Below, piece by piece: positions 9,365 to 17,865 of a DNA stretch of 64,000 bases. The stretch covers positions 15,954 to 79,953 of the IMG/VR virus record IMGVR_UViG_2921473944_000001; one strand, 5' to 3'. The DNA comes from a virus (Duplodnaviria > Caudoviricetes). The notes below the pieces were generated by a model. The model was not told the origin of the DNA and did no database searches. It was given only the letters and a program-made list of their open reading frames with translations. The position numbers and the translations under genes are program-made. Position 1 is the first letter of the stretch. Each line of letters starts with the position of its first letter.

Positions 9365-10120
9365 TTATATATAGCCCATGAATTTTTTTACTTTTTTCGC
9401 TGCATTTATAACGTCTCTGATATTCTGTGAACTAAACTGAACTAGACTACCGTTTAACGTGGTTTGATGATTGCTCAGATATCGGTTAGCGGCATATGCT
9501 CCACTAGTTACGGCCGCTGTTGTAGCTACTGATTTTGCAGTCATCGTCATACAACGTTTAAGTGCTGCCTTTTTCTTAGAACGTTTCGCTGACACTTCAG
9601 GAGCACGCCTTGCGTTGGCTCTTTCAATGTCGTGCTTGCTCATTAACCTGTTATACTGTTTCTGAAGTTGCTTGTTTGTCGGGTCTAAGTCCAACTGTTT
9701 CTTTACTTTCTTAGCGTCGCTAAGGTATTTACGTGAAAGGTCCGATCTGACTTCATTCTTAATCTGACCTTTTCGATATGTTGTGTTTCCTTTTAATGAT
9801 TTCTTATAAGCTTTCATATCTTGCTTGTATTGAGTTTTTAAAGTCTTATCTGACTTATTGTTCTCGTAAGCACGTTTAGATAGATTGGCTTTCTTACCAA
9901 GTTCCACAGCGTCAGCTTTTTTCTTAGCGTTTTTGCCCCAGTTCTTAAAACTAGCATCAACCTTTTCGTTTGATCTACGGGCGATTGCTGCTCTAACTCC
10001 AGTCGAACTATAAGTAGATTTACGCTTACCCCACTTCATACCTTTAACGCCATGGTGATAGAGTTCTTCTGGATTATTAGTTCTTGAAACTACAAATTTA
10101 GTGTTATTTTTTTGATACAT
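9365..10120 (-). CDS. HxGVKGMKWG-motif protein, highly basic (putative internal virion protein)
   Basis: ELYHHGVKGMKWG at N-terminus; very K/R/A-rich helical body. Confidence 0.7.
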   Translation of the reverse strand: MYQKNNTKFVVSRTNNPEELYHHGVKGMKWGKRKSTYSSTGVRAAIARRSNEKVDASFKNWGKNAKKKADAVELGKKANLSKRAYENNKSDKTLKTQYKQDMKAYKKSLKGNTTYRKGQIKNEVRSDLSRKYLSDAKKVKKQLDLDPTNKQLQKQYNRLMSKHDIERANARRAPEVSAKRSKKKAALKRCMTMTAKSVATTAAVTSGAYAANRYLSNHQTTLNGSLVQFSSQNIRDVINAAKKVKKFMGYI

Positions 10121-10137
10121 TATTTTCCTACTTTCTA

Positions 10138-10166
10138 TTGGTATTGAACATTTTTTGTGCTATAAT
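10138..10166 (+). promoter_or_regulatory. Host sigma-A type promoter for the EcsC moron
   Basis: TTGGTA (10138-10143), 17 nt spacer, TGc-TATAAT (10161-10166) extended -10. Confidence 0.7.
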
Positions 10167-10208
10167 ATTTTCAATAATTTTTTGAAAATTAAGTTAGAGG
10201 TGTGCATT

Positions 10209-10847
10209 ATGGCTAAGGAAATAATAACTGAAGAACAGATAACATCAGTATTGAACAAATGCTATGCGATGGCTCTTGGTGGGTTACCAAAAACTCAATC
10301 TTGTTACGAACTTGCTGAACATTACATAGAAAAATACAAAGATCCGAATAAGGCCGTGTCTGAATTTGTAAAGTGGCAAGTGGCTAAATGTTCCACGTCA
10401 GGTTTTCTAACCAGTCTCGGCGGAATCATAACTATGCCTGTAGCTATTCCAGCCAACTTAACTAGCGTAATTTATATCCAACTTCGAATGATTGCAACTA
10501 TCGCTATTATTGGCGGGTACAATCCTTCAGACGATGAGGTTCAGTCATTAGCATTCCTTTGTCTGACTGGGGCTTCAATGAGTAAAGTATGTCGTGAAGC
10601 CGGCATTAAATTTTCTACGAAGTTGACCACCAGTATGATTAAGAAAATTCCTGGCGAAGCACTTAAGAAAATTAATCAAAAAGTTGCACAACGTTTTATT
10701 ACGAAGTTTGGAACTACAGGAATTATAAACCTTGGAAAAATGGTGCCGGTCGTTGGCGGCGTTGTTGGAGCCGGGTTTGATTTCGTTGGAACAAACGTCA
10801 TCGCTAAGAAATCGCGACAGGTATTCTTGGATGGTGTAATAGAATAA
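10209..10847 (+). CDS. EcsC-family protein (moron, the only convincing plus-strand gene)
   Basis: GFLTSLGGIITMPVAIPANL, QLRMIATIAIIGGY, KMVPVVGGVVGAGFD resemble the EcsC family; start refined to ATG 10209 after GAGGTG. Confidence 0.7.
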   Translation: MAKEIITEEQITSVLNKCYAMALGGLPKTQSCYELAEHYIEKYKDPNKAVSEFVKWQVAKCSTSGFLTSLGGIITMPVAIPANLTSVIYIQLRMIATIAIIGGYNPSDDEVQSLAFLCLTGASMSKVCREAGIKFSTKLTTSMIKKIPGEALKKINQKVAQRFITKFGTTGIINLGKMVPVVGGVVGAGFDFVGTNVIAKKSRQVFLDGVIE

Positions 10848-11915
10848 TTAACTCAAATAATCAGCAGTTTTACGTCTTACATATGCGTTACACTCTGAAA
10901 CAGTTTTATTACCCATCTTACCCAATACTCCGATCGTACTTGCTATACTTTCTTTAGCAATGCGTTCGGAGTTGTATTTTCTATACATTTTATCTACAAA
11001 TTTAGGATTCGTTTGAGATACGGATTGCAGTTTAACCGAATCTGTATCAAACACGATCATTGGGCGTTTTGCATGATAGCTAGAATATTCTTTGTCGTTA
11101 TAATCGAGTAATGCATTGTACCCTTTCTTTTTCAGCTCCGAATAAAATCTATCTTGAGCAGCAATTTCCTGTGAATTATGATTAGTTAACGATAAATTCA
11201 AAGCTTTATACACCGCTATTTTCTGGCTTTTTGTCATAACGCTTGGGTCTTTTTTTAATGCGTTTTCAGCTTGTTTGAATAATATCTGTTGTGCTGGGCG
11301 TTTCATTTTTGATTTTGAATCTGCTATAGATGCCACAACGTTAGACTTGAAATCTTTTTCTTTCAATAAATTAGCTGTAATATGACCAGCGTTCTCATCA
11401 GATGGCACTTTAAGTTTTTTGGTTGATGAAATCTTTAACTGATAGACTTTCATGTTATCACTAATGGATCTTAGTTCTTTGGCATTTGCTAAATCGGATT
11501 CACTACCCGAAACATGTGCTTGTTTCTCAGCTTGCTTAGCTGCAGCGTTTGCTCTACTGGTTAGGTTCTTACCGAATAAGCCCATATACTTATCTGAATC
11601 TTGTTTTTTATATGTAGCATAGAAAGCGAAACTCTCGAATTCTTTGCTTGTTTGTATTCGTGAGAATGTAGTGCCTTTTTTCAGATAAGTGTCTGCATAT
11701 TGTTTGCCAGTTATCTGTGTACGTGCCATATTAGTAAGGTCTTTGACTTTCATTCTTGATAACGCAGCGGTTCTGGCAAATTGTCCAGTCGATTTGTTTG
11801 CATAGTACCGCTGAATTCCAGCCGGGGTTCGAGTCCCGTCAGCGAACTGGTATTTTCGTACTCCCCATTTCATACCCTTAACTCCGTGGTGGTATAACTC
11901 GCTCACGTTAATCAC
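10848..11915 (-). CDS. HxGVKGMKWG-motif protein with possible ADP-ribosyltransferase-like domain
   Basis: LYHHGVKGMKWGVRKYQ N-terminus; TFSRIQ / FYATY / KKGYNALLDYND..PMIVFD pattern. Confidence 0.55.
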   Translation of the reverse strand: MINVSELYHHGVKGMKWGVRKYQFADGTRTPAGIQRYYANKSTGQFARTAALSRMKVKDLTNMARTQITGKQYADTYLKKGTTFSRIQTSKEFESFAFYATYKKQDSDKYMGLFGKNLTSRANAAAKQAEKQAHVSGSESDLANAKELRSISDNMKVYQLKISSTKKLKVPSDENAGHITANLLKEKDFKSNVVASIADSKSKMKRPAQQILFKQAENALKKDPSVMTKSQKIAVYKALNLSLTNHNSQEIAAQDRFYSELKKKGYNALLDYNDKEYSSYHAKRPMIVFDTDSVKLQSVSQTNPKFVDKMYRKYNSERIAKESIASTIGVLGKMGNKTVSECNAYVRRKTADYLS

Positions 11916-12439
11916 CCCTTTAGTTCTTTAATAGCTAATGCAATACCCAATGCAGAGCTGGTGACTGCTAGTACGTTTCCGGCTGTTTCCAGAGTTCTAC
12001 TCGCGTATTCTCTACCTTTTGATTCTTTTTGTGGATTAAACATATCGTTGTACTGTCGTTCTAAGATTTCTCTATTGATCTGGCTACGCATTTCCTGATC
12101 AGTCATGTTTGATAAATCCATCTTTGGAACTTTACGATTTCGATTAGATGTATCGACGGTACGTTTTAAATCGTTAGATAGATTCCGGCTAGAATCTACC
12201 AGTCTTTTACTGCGCTCAGTATCTTCTTTTGCATATCGATTTGCATCAAACTCCAAGTCGCTTCGACCATTTTTCTTTGACTGTTTATAGTATTTGCCAC
12301 TAGACTCGTCATATTTGTTGAATTCTTTCTCTCTAGCGTCTCGAGCGTAACGTTTCTTTCCAATATCAGTCATGCTTCCGTCTTTATTCTGGAATCTACG
12401 TACTCCCCATTTCATACCCTTAACTCCGTGGTGGTATAA
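11857..12439. repeat. 41-bp perfect direct repeat (11857-11897 and 12399-12439) encoding LYHHGVKGMKWGVR
   Basis: cgtactccccatttcatacccttaactccgtggtggtataa occurs identically at both positions. Confidence 0.92.
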
Positions 12440-12481
12440 TTCTTCTGCATCAGAATCTCTTGATACTACATGGTCGTTCAT
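11912..12481 (-). CDS. HxGVKGMKWG-motif protein
   Basis: LYHHGVKGMKWGVRRFQNKDGS; C-terminal hydrophobic helix. Confidence 0.7.
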   Translation of the reverse strand: MNDHVVSRDSDAEELYHHGVKGMKWGVRRFQNKDGSMTDIGKKRYARDAREKEFNKYDESSGKYYKQSKKNGRSDLEFDANRYAKEDTERSKRLVDSSRNLSNDLKRTVDTSNRNRKVPKMDLSNMTDQEMRSQINREILERQYNDMFNPQKESKGREYASRTLETAGNVLAVTSSALGIALAIKELKG

Positions 12482-12505
12482 TTCTATTCACCTTCTTTCT
12501 TGAAA

Positions 12506-12853
12506 TCATTTTGATTGTGATTCTGCTTCAAAGTTCAATCGCCATTCGAGTTCTTTGACTGCTTCATTGATAGCGTTCATATGTGTTGAACTTGCTGGTG
12601 GATCAAACAGAAGACGAACTTTAAGACAGATGTAACTCTTTACAGATTCAAAGTTCTCAAATCCATCTGGTAAGTATTCACTCCAAGTTTCACTCCCAGT
12701 ACTTAAACGAAAGCCGCCAGATGGTCCTACTCCGAGCTGGGTAAGAATTGTGAATACTGTGTTGATGTGAATCGTTAGTATCTCATCAAATGCCGTATAC
12801 TCAGGCATAAGACCAATTCCAACTTTTACATCATCGAGAATTTTGTTCTCCAT
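12506..12853 (-). CDS. Head-tail connector/adaptor protein
   Basis: ILDDVKVGIG..AFD..L.IHIN..F..L.QLGVGP and KVRLLFDPP..ELEWRL; start refined to 12853. Confidence 0.65.
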   Translation of the reverse strand: MENKILDDVKVGIGLMPEYTAFDEILTIHINTVFTILTQLGVGPSGGFRLSTGSETWSEYLPDGFENFESVKSYICLKVRLLFDPPASSTHMNAINEAVKELEWRLNFEAESQSK

Positions 12854-12876
12854 AACTGCTCCTCCTTTCTGCCCAC

Positions 12877-13299
12877 TTATCGTTTCCATGGGCAAGTGTC
12901 GTTCTTAGTCCTTACTAGAGGTTCAGTCATGAGTAAACTCTCATCACCGTAATGTATTGCATTGTGCGTATTGTGAATTGTAGAGATGACATTCTCTGGA
13001 TCAAGTATCATAGAATTTCTCTGTTCAATGTCTTTCAGAGTAATTGGATTAATATGATGAATGATAATCTTTCCTGTAATTTCATAACCGTCACAGCCGA
13101 GGTCACAACCGTTATCACGAATAATAATGTCTCGTCTGAATCGTCGCCATTCACTTGAATGATATAGTGTCTGGTTTAAGTATCGATCATAACCAAATGT
13201 GTCTTCGCCGACTTGTCCAGTCAGTTTCAAATATCGATAGCGTTGAATGAATGTTGGTAATTGAATAAGTTCTGAGTAAGTTTTAATCTTCGTACTCAT
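12877..13299 (-). CDS. Packaging-associated HNH endonuclease (HK97 gp74-like)
   Basis: RDNGCDLGC..IHHINP..ENVIST.HNTHNAIH, adjacent to terS; start refined to 13299. Confidence 0.75.
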   Translation of the reverse strand: MSTKIKTYSELIQLPTFIQRYRYLKLTGQVGEDTFGYDRYLNQTLYHSSEWRRFRRDIIIRDNGCDLGCDGYEITGKIIIHHINPITLKDIEQRNSMILDPENVISTIHNTHNAIHYGDESLLMTEPLVRTKNDTCPWKR

Positions 13300-13630
13300 A
13301 GTCTTCAGCATCACCCTGTCCGCCGTAAACACGAAGCATTTTAATTGCATCTTCATACAGCTGTTTAATTTCTTCGCCAGATTGGTATGCTTTTGCCTTT
13401 GCTTCGAGAACTGTGTTTTCTTTCTTCAACTTCTCTTTTTCTAATTCTGCTTTGGTCGTTCCGAGTTTCAGGAAATGGGTTATTACCTGAGATGATGCAG
13501 TACCGTTTAAGAACTGCTCTTCTGCTGCGTCATATGCCATAGCTATCAACTGCTGCTCTCTAGCCTCCGGAGTTAATGCCGGTGGACTTTTCCTAGTAGG
13601 TTTTGTTGACTTTGTTGTAGCTTTCGCCAT
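13283..13630 (-). CDS. Putative terminase small subunit
   Basis: First gene after the cos/pac-like site; PPALTPEARE..GTASSQVITHFLKLG; helical. Confidence 0.55.
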   Translation of the reverse strand: MAKATTKSTKPTRKSPPALTPEAREQQLIAMAYDAAEEQFLNGTASSQVITHFLKLGTTKAELEKEKLKKENTVLEAKAKAYQSGEEIKQLYEDAIKMLRVYGGQGDAEDYEYED

Positions 13631-13863
13631 TGTTACTGTCACCTCTCTTTTAGTTGTATAGTGTTATACTGTTAGATTTATTGAGTTTTGGTATACTTTT
13701 ACAACATTTAATAGAGCCAATGAGTAGGTGATTAATCCTTATAAGAAAGGAAGTAACAAAAAAAGTATAAGGAAGTACATAATTGAGATAAGCGGCATAG
13801 TAGTAGGGTGGCAAAACCATTTCACGTTCGGCTCTTCTCTCATTGACTCTATTAAATGTTGTA

Positions 13864-13912
13864 ATAAAAACACCCCTTACCACAATCCAACGATGGAGTA
13901 GGTATGGGGTGT
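13864..13912 (-). terminator. Terminator-like hairpin
   Basis: CACCCCATACC..TCCATCGTTGGA..GGTAAGGGGTG followed by TTTTT. Confidence 0.5.
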
Positions 13913-13958
13913 CTATAGTTTCTTTAATTTCTTTAATTTTTATATTAGTATCGCTACT

Positions 13959-14068
13959 CTACTCTTCATAAATGATATCGAGACCATAAGCAACAGCAGC
14001 TTCGTGTTCGATCTTACATCCTCTTGCATTCTCCCAGCCATTGGCTGACTTAACATTGCTTTCTTCAT
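13959..14068 (-). pseudogene. Internally deleted DUF4406-like (nucleoside deoxyribosyltransferase-like) gene
   Basis: MKKAMLSQPMAG in one frame joins GWENARGCKIEHEAAVAYGLDIIYEE* in another at a GGCTGG microhomology (14034-14039). Confidence 0.65.
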
Positions 14069-14159
14069 ATACTTACCACCTTTTCGCATAATATTAGTTA
14101 CAATTTAGTAATGCCCATTAAAGGGCTGTAGTAAAGTTTCAAATATCAATCTCCAAATA

Positions 14160-14235
14160 TCCCGCCGGAGAAAATACAAAGACCGGCGCGATACAGGGAG
14201 GGGGTGTAATTTTGAAGATACCCCCTACCCCCTAA
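14160..14235. other. Candidate cos/pac (genome end) site
   Basis: GC-rich island with two inverted repeats (CGCCGG/CCGGCG; GGGGGT/ACCCCC) in AT-rich non-coding DNA upstream of terS-HNH. Confidence 0.5.
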
Positions 14236-14448
14236 AATGATATTCCATAGTATCTGTATAATTATATTTCACTATATTTTCACTATTTTTCATCATTTTT
14301 ACCGGCTTTTATCCATTTCATTAATGTAGCTGCATTTTATTTATTATTCGTTTCTGTTTCTTCACATCAACGCTTTACTTACAAAAGAAAGGCTTGAACA
14401 TTGCGATTATTATTGACAGTTGAATTGAGTCAGACTAAAACTTTTGAA

Positions 14449-14721
14449 TCAAACAGCAACTTTAACACTTCGCTTAACTTTCTTGAAGATACTCAAAGGA
14501 TTTACAGTAAGGATTTCGTCGATTGCTCTTTCCAGTTCAACTACTTTCTCTTTCTCAGTCATTCCATCAAAGTAATGAGAAACTCGATCTACATAACCAC
14601 AACAATTGTAACCTTTTTCCATGTCGTAATCATACCAATTATCGAAGTCATCAATTGGATCGAAAGGATTGTCAATGGTTGTCAAAGCAATGTAAGTTTC
14701 TGTAATAGTTTCTTGTGGCAT
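14449..14721 (-). CDS. Conserved acidic protein downstream of the RNAP gene
   Basis: LTTIDNPFDPIDDFDNWYDYDMEKGY; starts 1 nt after the RNAP stop. Confidence 0.65.
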   Translation of the reverse strand: MPQETITETYIALTTIDNPFDPIDDFDNWYDYDMEKGYNCCGYVDRVSHYFDGMTEKEKVVELERAIDEILTVNPLSIFKKVKRSVKVAV

Positions 14722-14722
14722 C

Positions 14723-17700
14723 TTAGATCACTTCCTTTCCTTTAAGATACTTACTGATTGTTGATGTAGAGAAGCCAGTCTTCTTTGCTATCTCTTCAAG
14801 TGTATAGTTTGATGCTGCTAATGCTTTGAATCTGGCAGCCTGTGCTTTACTTGGTGATGTTGTAGTTTTAGGCATAGCTCTCTGTCTTAACTTATCTATA
14901 TCCGTATTATTAAGAATCTGGTCAAGTTTACTAGCACTAATAGCACCAGCCTGTATAGCCTCCCACTCTTTGTCTGTAATCTCTATGTTACGCTGTGATC
15001 GCTTAGCAGAACCTACTTCATTACGATATTTGGATATGGATTTCTGTCTGAGCTTACGAAGATCTTCTTTACTCATATTAGGATCGTTCTTCTGCTTCTC
15101 TTGAATCTCAGTATTAGCCCTGCGCATAGCCTCTCGCTCCTTAGGCTGGTTCTTCTTAGCCTCCTTGAGCTTAGTATCCAGTGATGTTACTTCAGTCTGG
15201 TACTGTTTACGCATAGCCTGGTTGTATGCTATATCTTTAGTGTTAACTATTTCCATTCTGGCTTTGTTACCAAGTGCCTTCATATCATTAGCATACTCAG
15301 CATATACCAGTTCCATTTGATGCTTCTTAGGTGATACAAGAGACATTGCATCGTTTGTTTCAGCCATCTTTGTACTGACCTGATTACGCTGTTTAACATG
15401 GTACTGTATTTTACCCGTACTATCTGTAAAGGTTACTTCCCCAGTCTCTTTGTTAATATGCTGTACCGGGTAGTACTTCTTAGCAGCTACCTTATCCTTA
15501 GGATCATAAGAAATAATCTTACCGTCTTCCGTACGGATGTCCACCATACCAGTCTTCTTATTCTTTCCTTTGTCGGCATAGTACAATTTTTTAGGGTCCA
15601 TAGTCTTCCATACTTTAGCACCGTCTGGTAGGTCTGGATTATAATCTTTTGTACCCGGAGCATTAATCTTATAACCGCCCTGTCGTTTAGCTACTGAATA
15701 CTGTCCTTTAGCACTAGACAACAATGTTGAAGCTCCACCAATCTTGATACTTCCGTCTGGCTGTATGCTCTGCTGGAATTCAGCTTTAAGAGCAGAGATG
15801 TTATTCTCTTTCTCACTAGCTTTATAATCAAGATGATGTTTCTGTGCATCGATAACAACCATACTATGCCGTACGGCTCTAGCTATCTTTTCTTCACTGG
15901 CTCCGCCGAGTGTCATATCCGTAATAAGGTTAGAAATAACGCCCATCTGTTTCTGAGTATCTTTCATTATTGGATACTCATGACCATTGCGTGTATAATG
16001 TTCTACACCGTTAGAATCGACGGTTTTAGTTCCGCCATATTCAACTTTCGGATCAAATCCCTCAAGCCCTTTCAATGGACGTTTGTTTTTGATTTTTATT
16101 TTACCGCCTGCATCATTCGTAGGGATACACATTACTGTATCTCCGTCAAAATCTGCTCCAGATAACTGGTCTGCGATTTTATGATTGATACCTACAGCAT
16201 CGATGCTTTCTCCTGAAATAATCTTCTGTCCAAGCTTATTCTTGTTGTTTACAGTAAGAATAGGAATCTCAAAGATACCTCCATGCGGGTAACGAATTAA
16301 TGCTAGTTGTGTTCCTGTAGCATAGTTAGGTGCATAGATTTCGTTGTCTTTCAAACTATTAATAGGAATAATAACATGGTATCTCTGTCCCGGGAGAGCA
16401 GCTGCTTTCAAATGTACTGCTGCAGAATCACATCCGTCAGCAAACTTTTCAAGTAAGTGTTTCTTGATAGTAGGATTCTGAAGACTACAGATTTCATCGA
16501 ACTCAGCGAGCTTGTCAGCTTTAGCAAGTCCTAACTGTTTCTTTGCCAGTGGCACTGCTTGTTTTGAAAGGAACTGTGATGGTAAAGCATTTGCCCATTC
16601 AGTCCAGTCACCCTCATCAGCTCTTTTATTAATGAGTCCGAGTTTCGGTTTACCAGTCTTCTTATCGGTATACCAATACTGTCCGCCCTGGTCCGCATCT
16701 TTAATTAATGAACCAAACGGATTATCCGGATCATCTTTGATCTTTTTAAGTACATCGTTTTGTGGAGTTCCGCGTTTCTTATTAGTATTGAACACAACGT
16801 CTACTCCGTCAGGCATATTATCAGAATATACAGCCATACCTTTAAGGTAGTGAGTACCATCGACCATGATACGAACCTGTGAATATTTAGAATCGCCTAA
16901 TGATAAGTCCTGAACTCCTCTACGAAGTTCAATGATACCATCTTTCTCAATACCTTTAGTTCCATCACTGTCCGTATCCTCTGCATATCTGATCAGAAGT
17001 CTCTTAGAATCAAGACTTTCCGGATATGTAAATTTTCTGTGATATGTATCGCCACCATCATTAGACTGGTAATCTGTAATAGTCTTTACTTTACTGTAAT
17101 CGTAGATATCTGAGTTCTTTGTTCCAGGAAGACACAATACTTTTTGGTTTGTCTGTTGATTTGCATTTGTTGGCTGAGGAATACCACCACCATAAATAGG
17201 ACAATCTTCAGCTTTCTGTAAATAATCAAGGGCTGTATCAAGTCGTGTTCTTGTAATACCGAGATCCTGTTCTACACCAGCACCAACGTCAATCATGCCT
17301 TTCTCTTTAAGCTGATCTCTAAGAAAGTTAACTGTCTCCATAGTCTGATTCATGTTATCTTCTCTCGATGGTTCTAATAGCGATCTTACTGTCGATTCAG
17401 AAATACCCATTTTTCTACCAATTTCAGTAGCACCAAGACCATCAGCTTTTAAACTTTTAGCTGTCTGAACCTGATCCAGACGTACTTCATATTTTGCCCA
17501 GCTTACCTGTCTGCGGTATTCAGTTGATGTTAGCCCCATAGATTTATAGATAGCTTTCTCGCCCGTGAACTTCTCTCCTGTTTCTGGATCAGTCCATGTA
17601 AATCCATCTTTCTTCATTTCTTTTACACGACCGAGGAAGTCACTGCCGTGTTGGTAAGGTGATTCCCCTGATCCATATGGGTATCGTCCGCTTCTTCTTG

Positions 17701-17863
17701 GCATACCATAATGCATAGCATCATTTTCGCTTTCAGCAATACCAAAACATTCAGCAATCTCTTCCGCTACTTTATTGGTGTCCGAATGTCTTATTGGTTC
17801 AGAATTATCAATAGTATCGGCTAATCCATAGTACGACATTATTTCTTCTGCTATTGGGTTCAT
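14723..17863 (-). CDS. Single-subunit two-barrel (YonO-like) RNA polymerase with terminal HTH domains
   Basis: Catalytic GADFDGD; upstream IRYP; QVRI..YLKGMA second-barrel motif; HTHs GLGATEIGRKMGISESTVRSL and YTLEEIAKKTGFSTSTISKYL. Confidence 0.8.
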   Translation of the reverse strand: MNPIAEEIMSYYGLADTIDNSEPIRHSDTNKVAEEIAECFGIAESENDAMHYGMPRRSGRYPYGSGESPYQHGSDFLGRVKEMKKDGFTWTDPETGEKFTGEKAIYKSMGLTSTEYRRQVSWAKYEVRLDQVQTAKSLKADGLGATEIGRKMGISESTVRSLLEPSREDNMNQTMETVNFLRDQLKEKGMIDVGAGVEQDLGITRTRLDTALDYLQKAEDCPIYGGGIPQPTNANQQTNQKVLCLPGTKNSDIYDYSKVKTITDYQSNDGGDTYHRKFTYPESLDSKRLLIRYAEDTDSDGTKGIEKDGIIELRRGVQDLSLGDSKYSQVRIMVDGTHYLKGMAVYSDNMPDGVDVVFNTNKKRGTPQNDVLKKIKDDPDNPFGSLIKDADQGGQYWYTDKKTGKPKLGLINKRADEGDWTEWANALPSQFLSKQAVPLAKKQLGLAKADKLAEFDEICSLQNPTIKKHLLEKFADGCDSAAVHLKAAALPGQRYHVIIPINSLKDNEIYAPNYATGTQLALIRYPHGGIFEIPILTVNNKNKLGQKIISGESIDAVGINHKIADQLSGADFDGDTVMCIPTNDAGGKIKIKNKRPLKGLEGFDPKVEYGGTKTVDSNGVEHYTRNGHEYPIMKDTQKQMGVISNLITDMTLGGASEEKIARAVRHSMVVIDAQKHHLDYKASEKENNISALKAEFQQSIQPDGSIKIGGASTLLSSAKGQYSVAKRQGGYKINAPGTKDYNPDLPDGAKVWKTMDPKKLYYADKGKNKKTGMVDIRTEDGKIISYDPKDKVAAKKYYPVQHINKETGEVTFTDSTGKIQYHVKQRNQVSTKMAETNDAMSLVSPKKHQMELVYAEYANDMKALGNKARMEIVNTKDIAYNQAMRKQYQTEVTSLDTKLKEAKKNQPKEREAMRRANTEIQEKQKNDPNMSKEDLRKLRQKSISKYRNEVGSAKRSQRNIEITDKEWEAIQAGAISASKLDQILNNTDIDKLRQRAMPKTTTSPSKAQAARFKALAASNYTLEEIAKKTGFSTSTISKYLKGKEVI

Positions 17864-17865
17864 GA

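Noticed and set aside
13650-13883. 77-aa ORF upstream of terS
   Set aside because: No SD, atypical composition, and it overlaps terminator-like non-coding DNA
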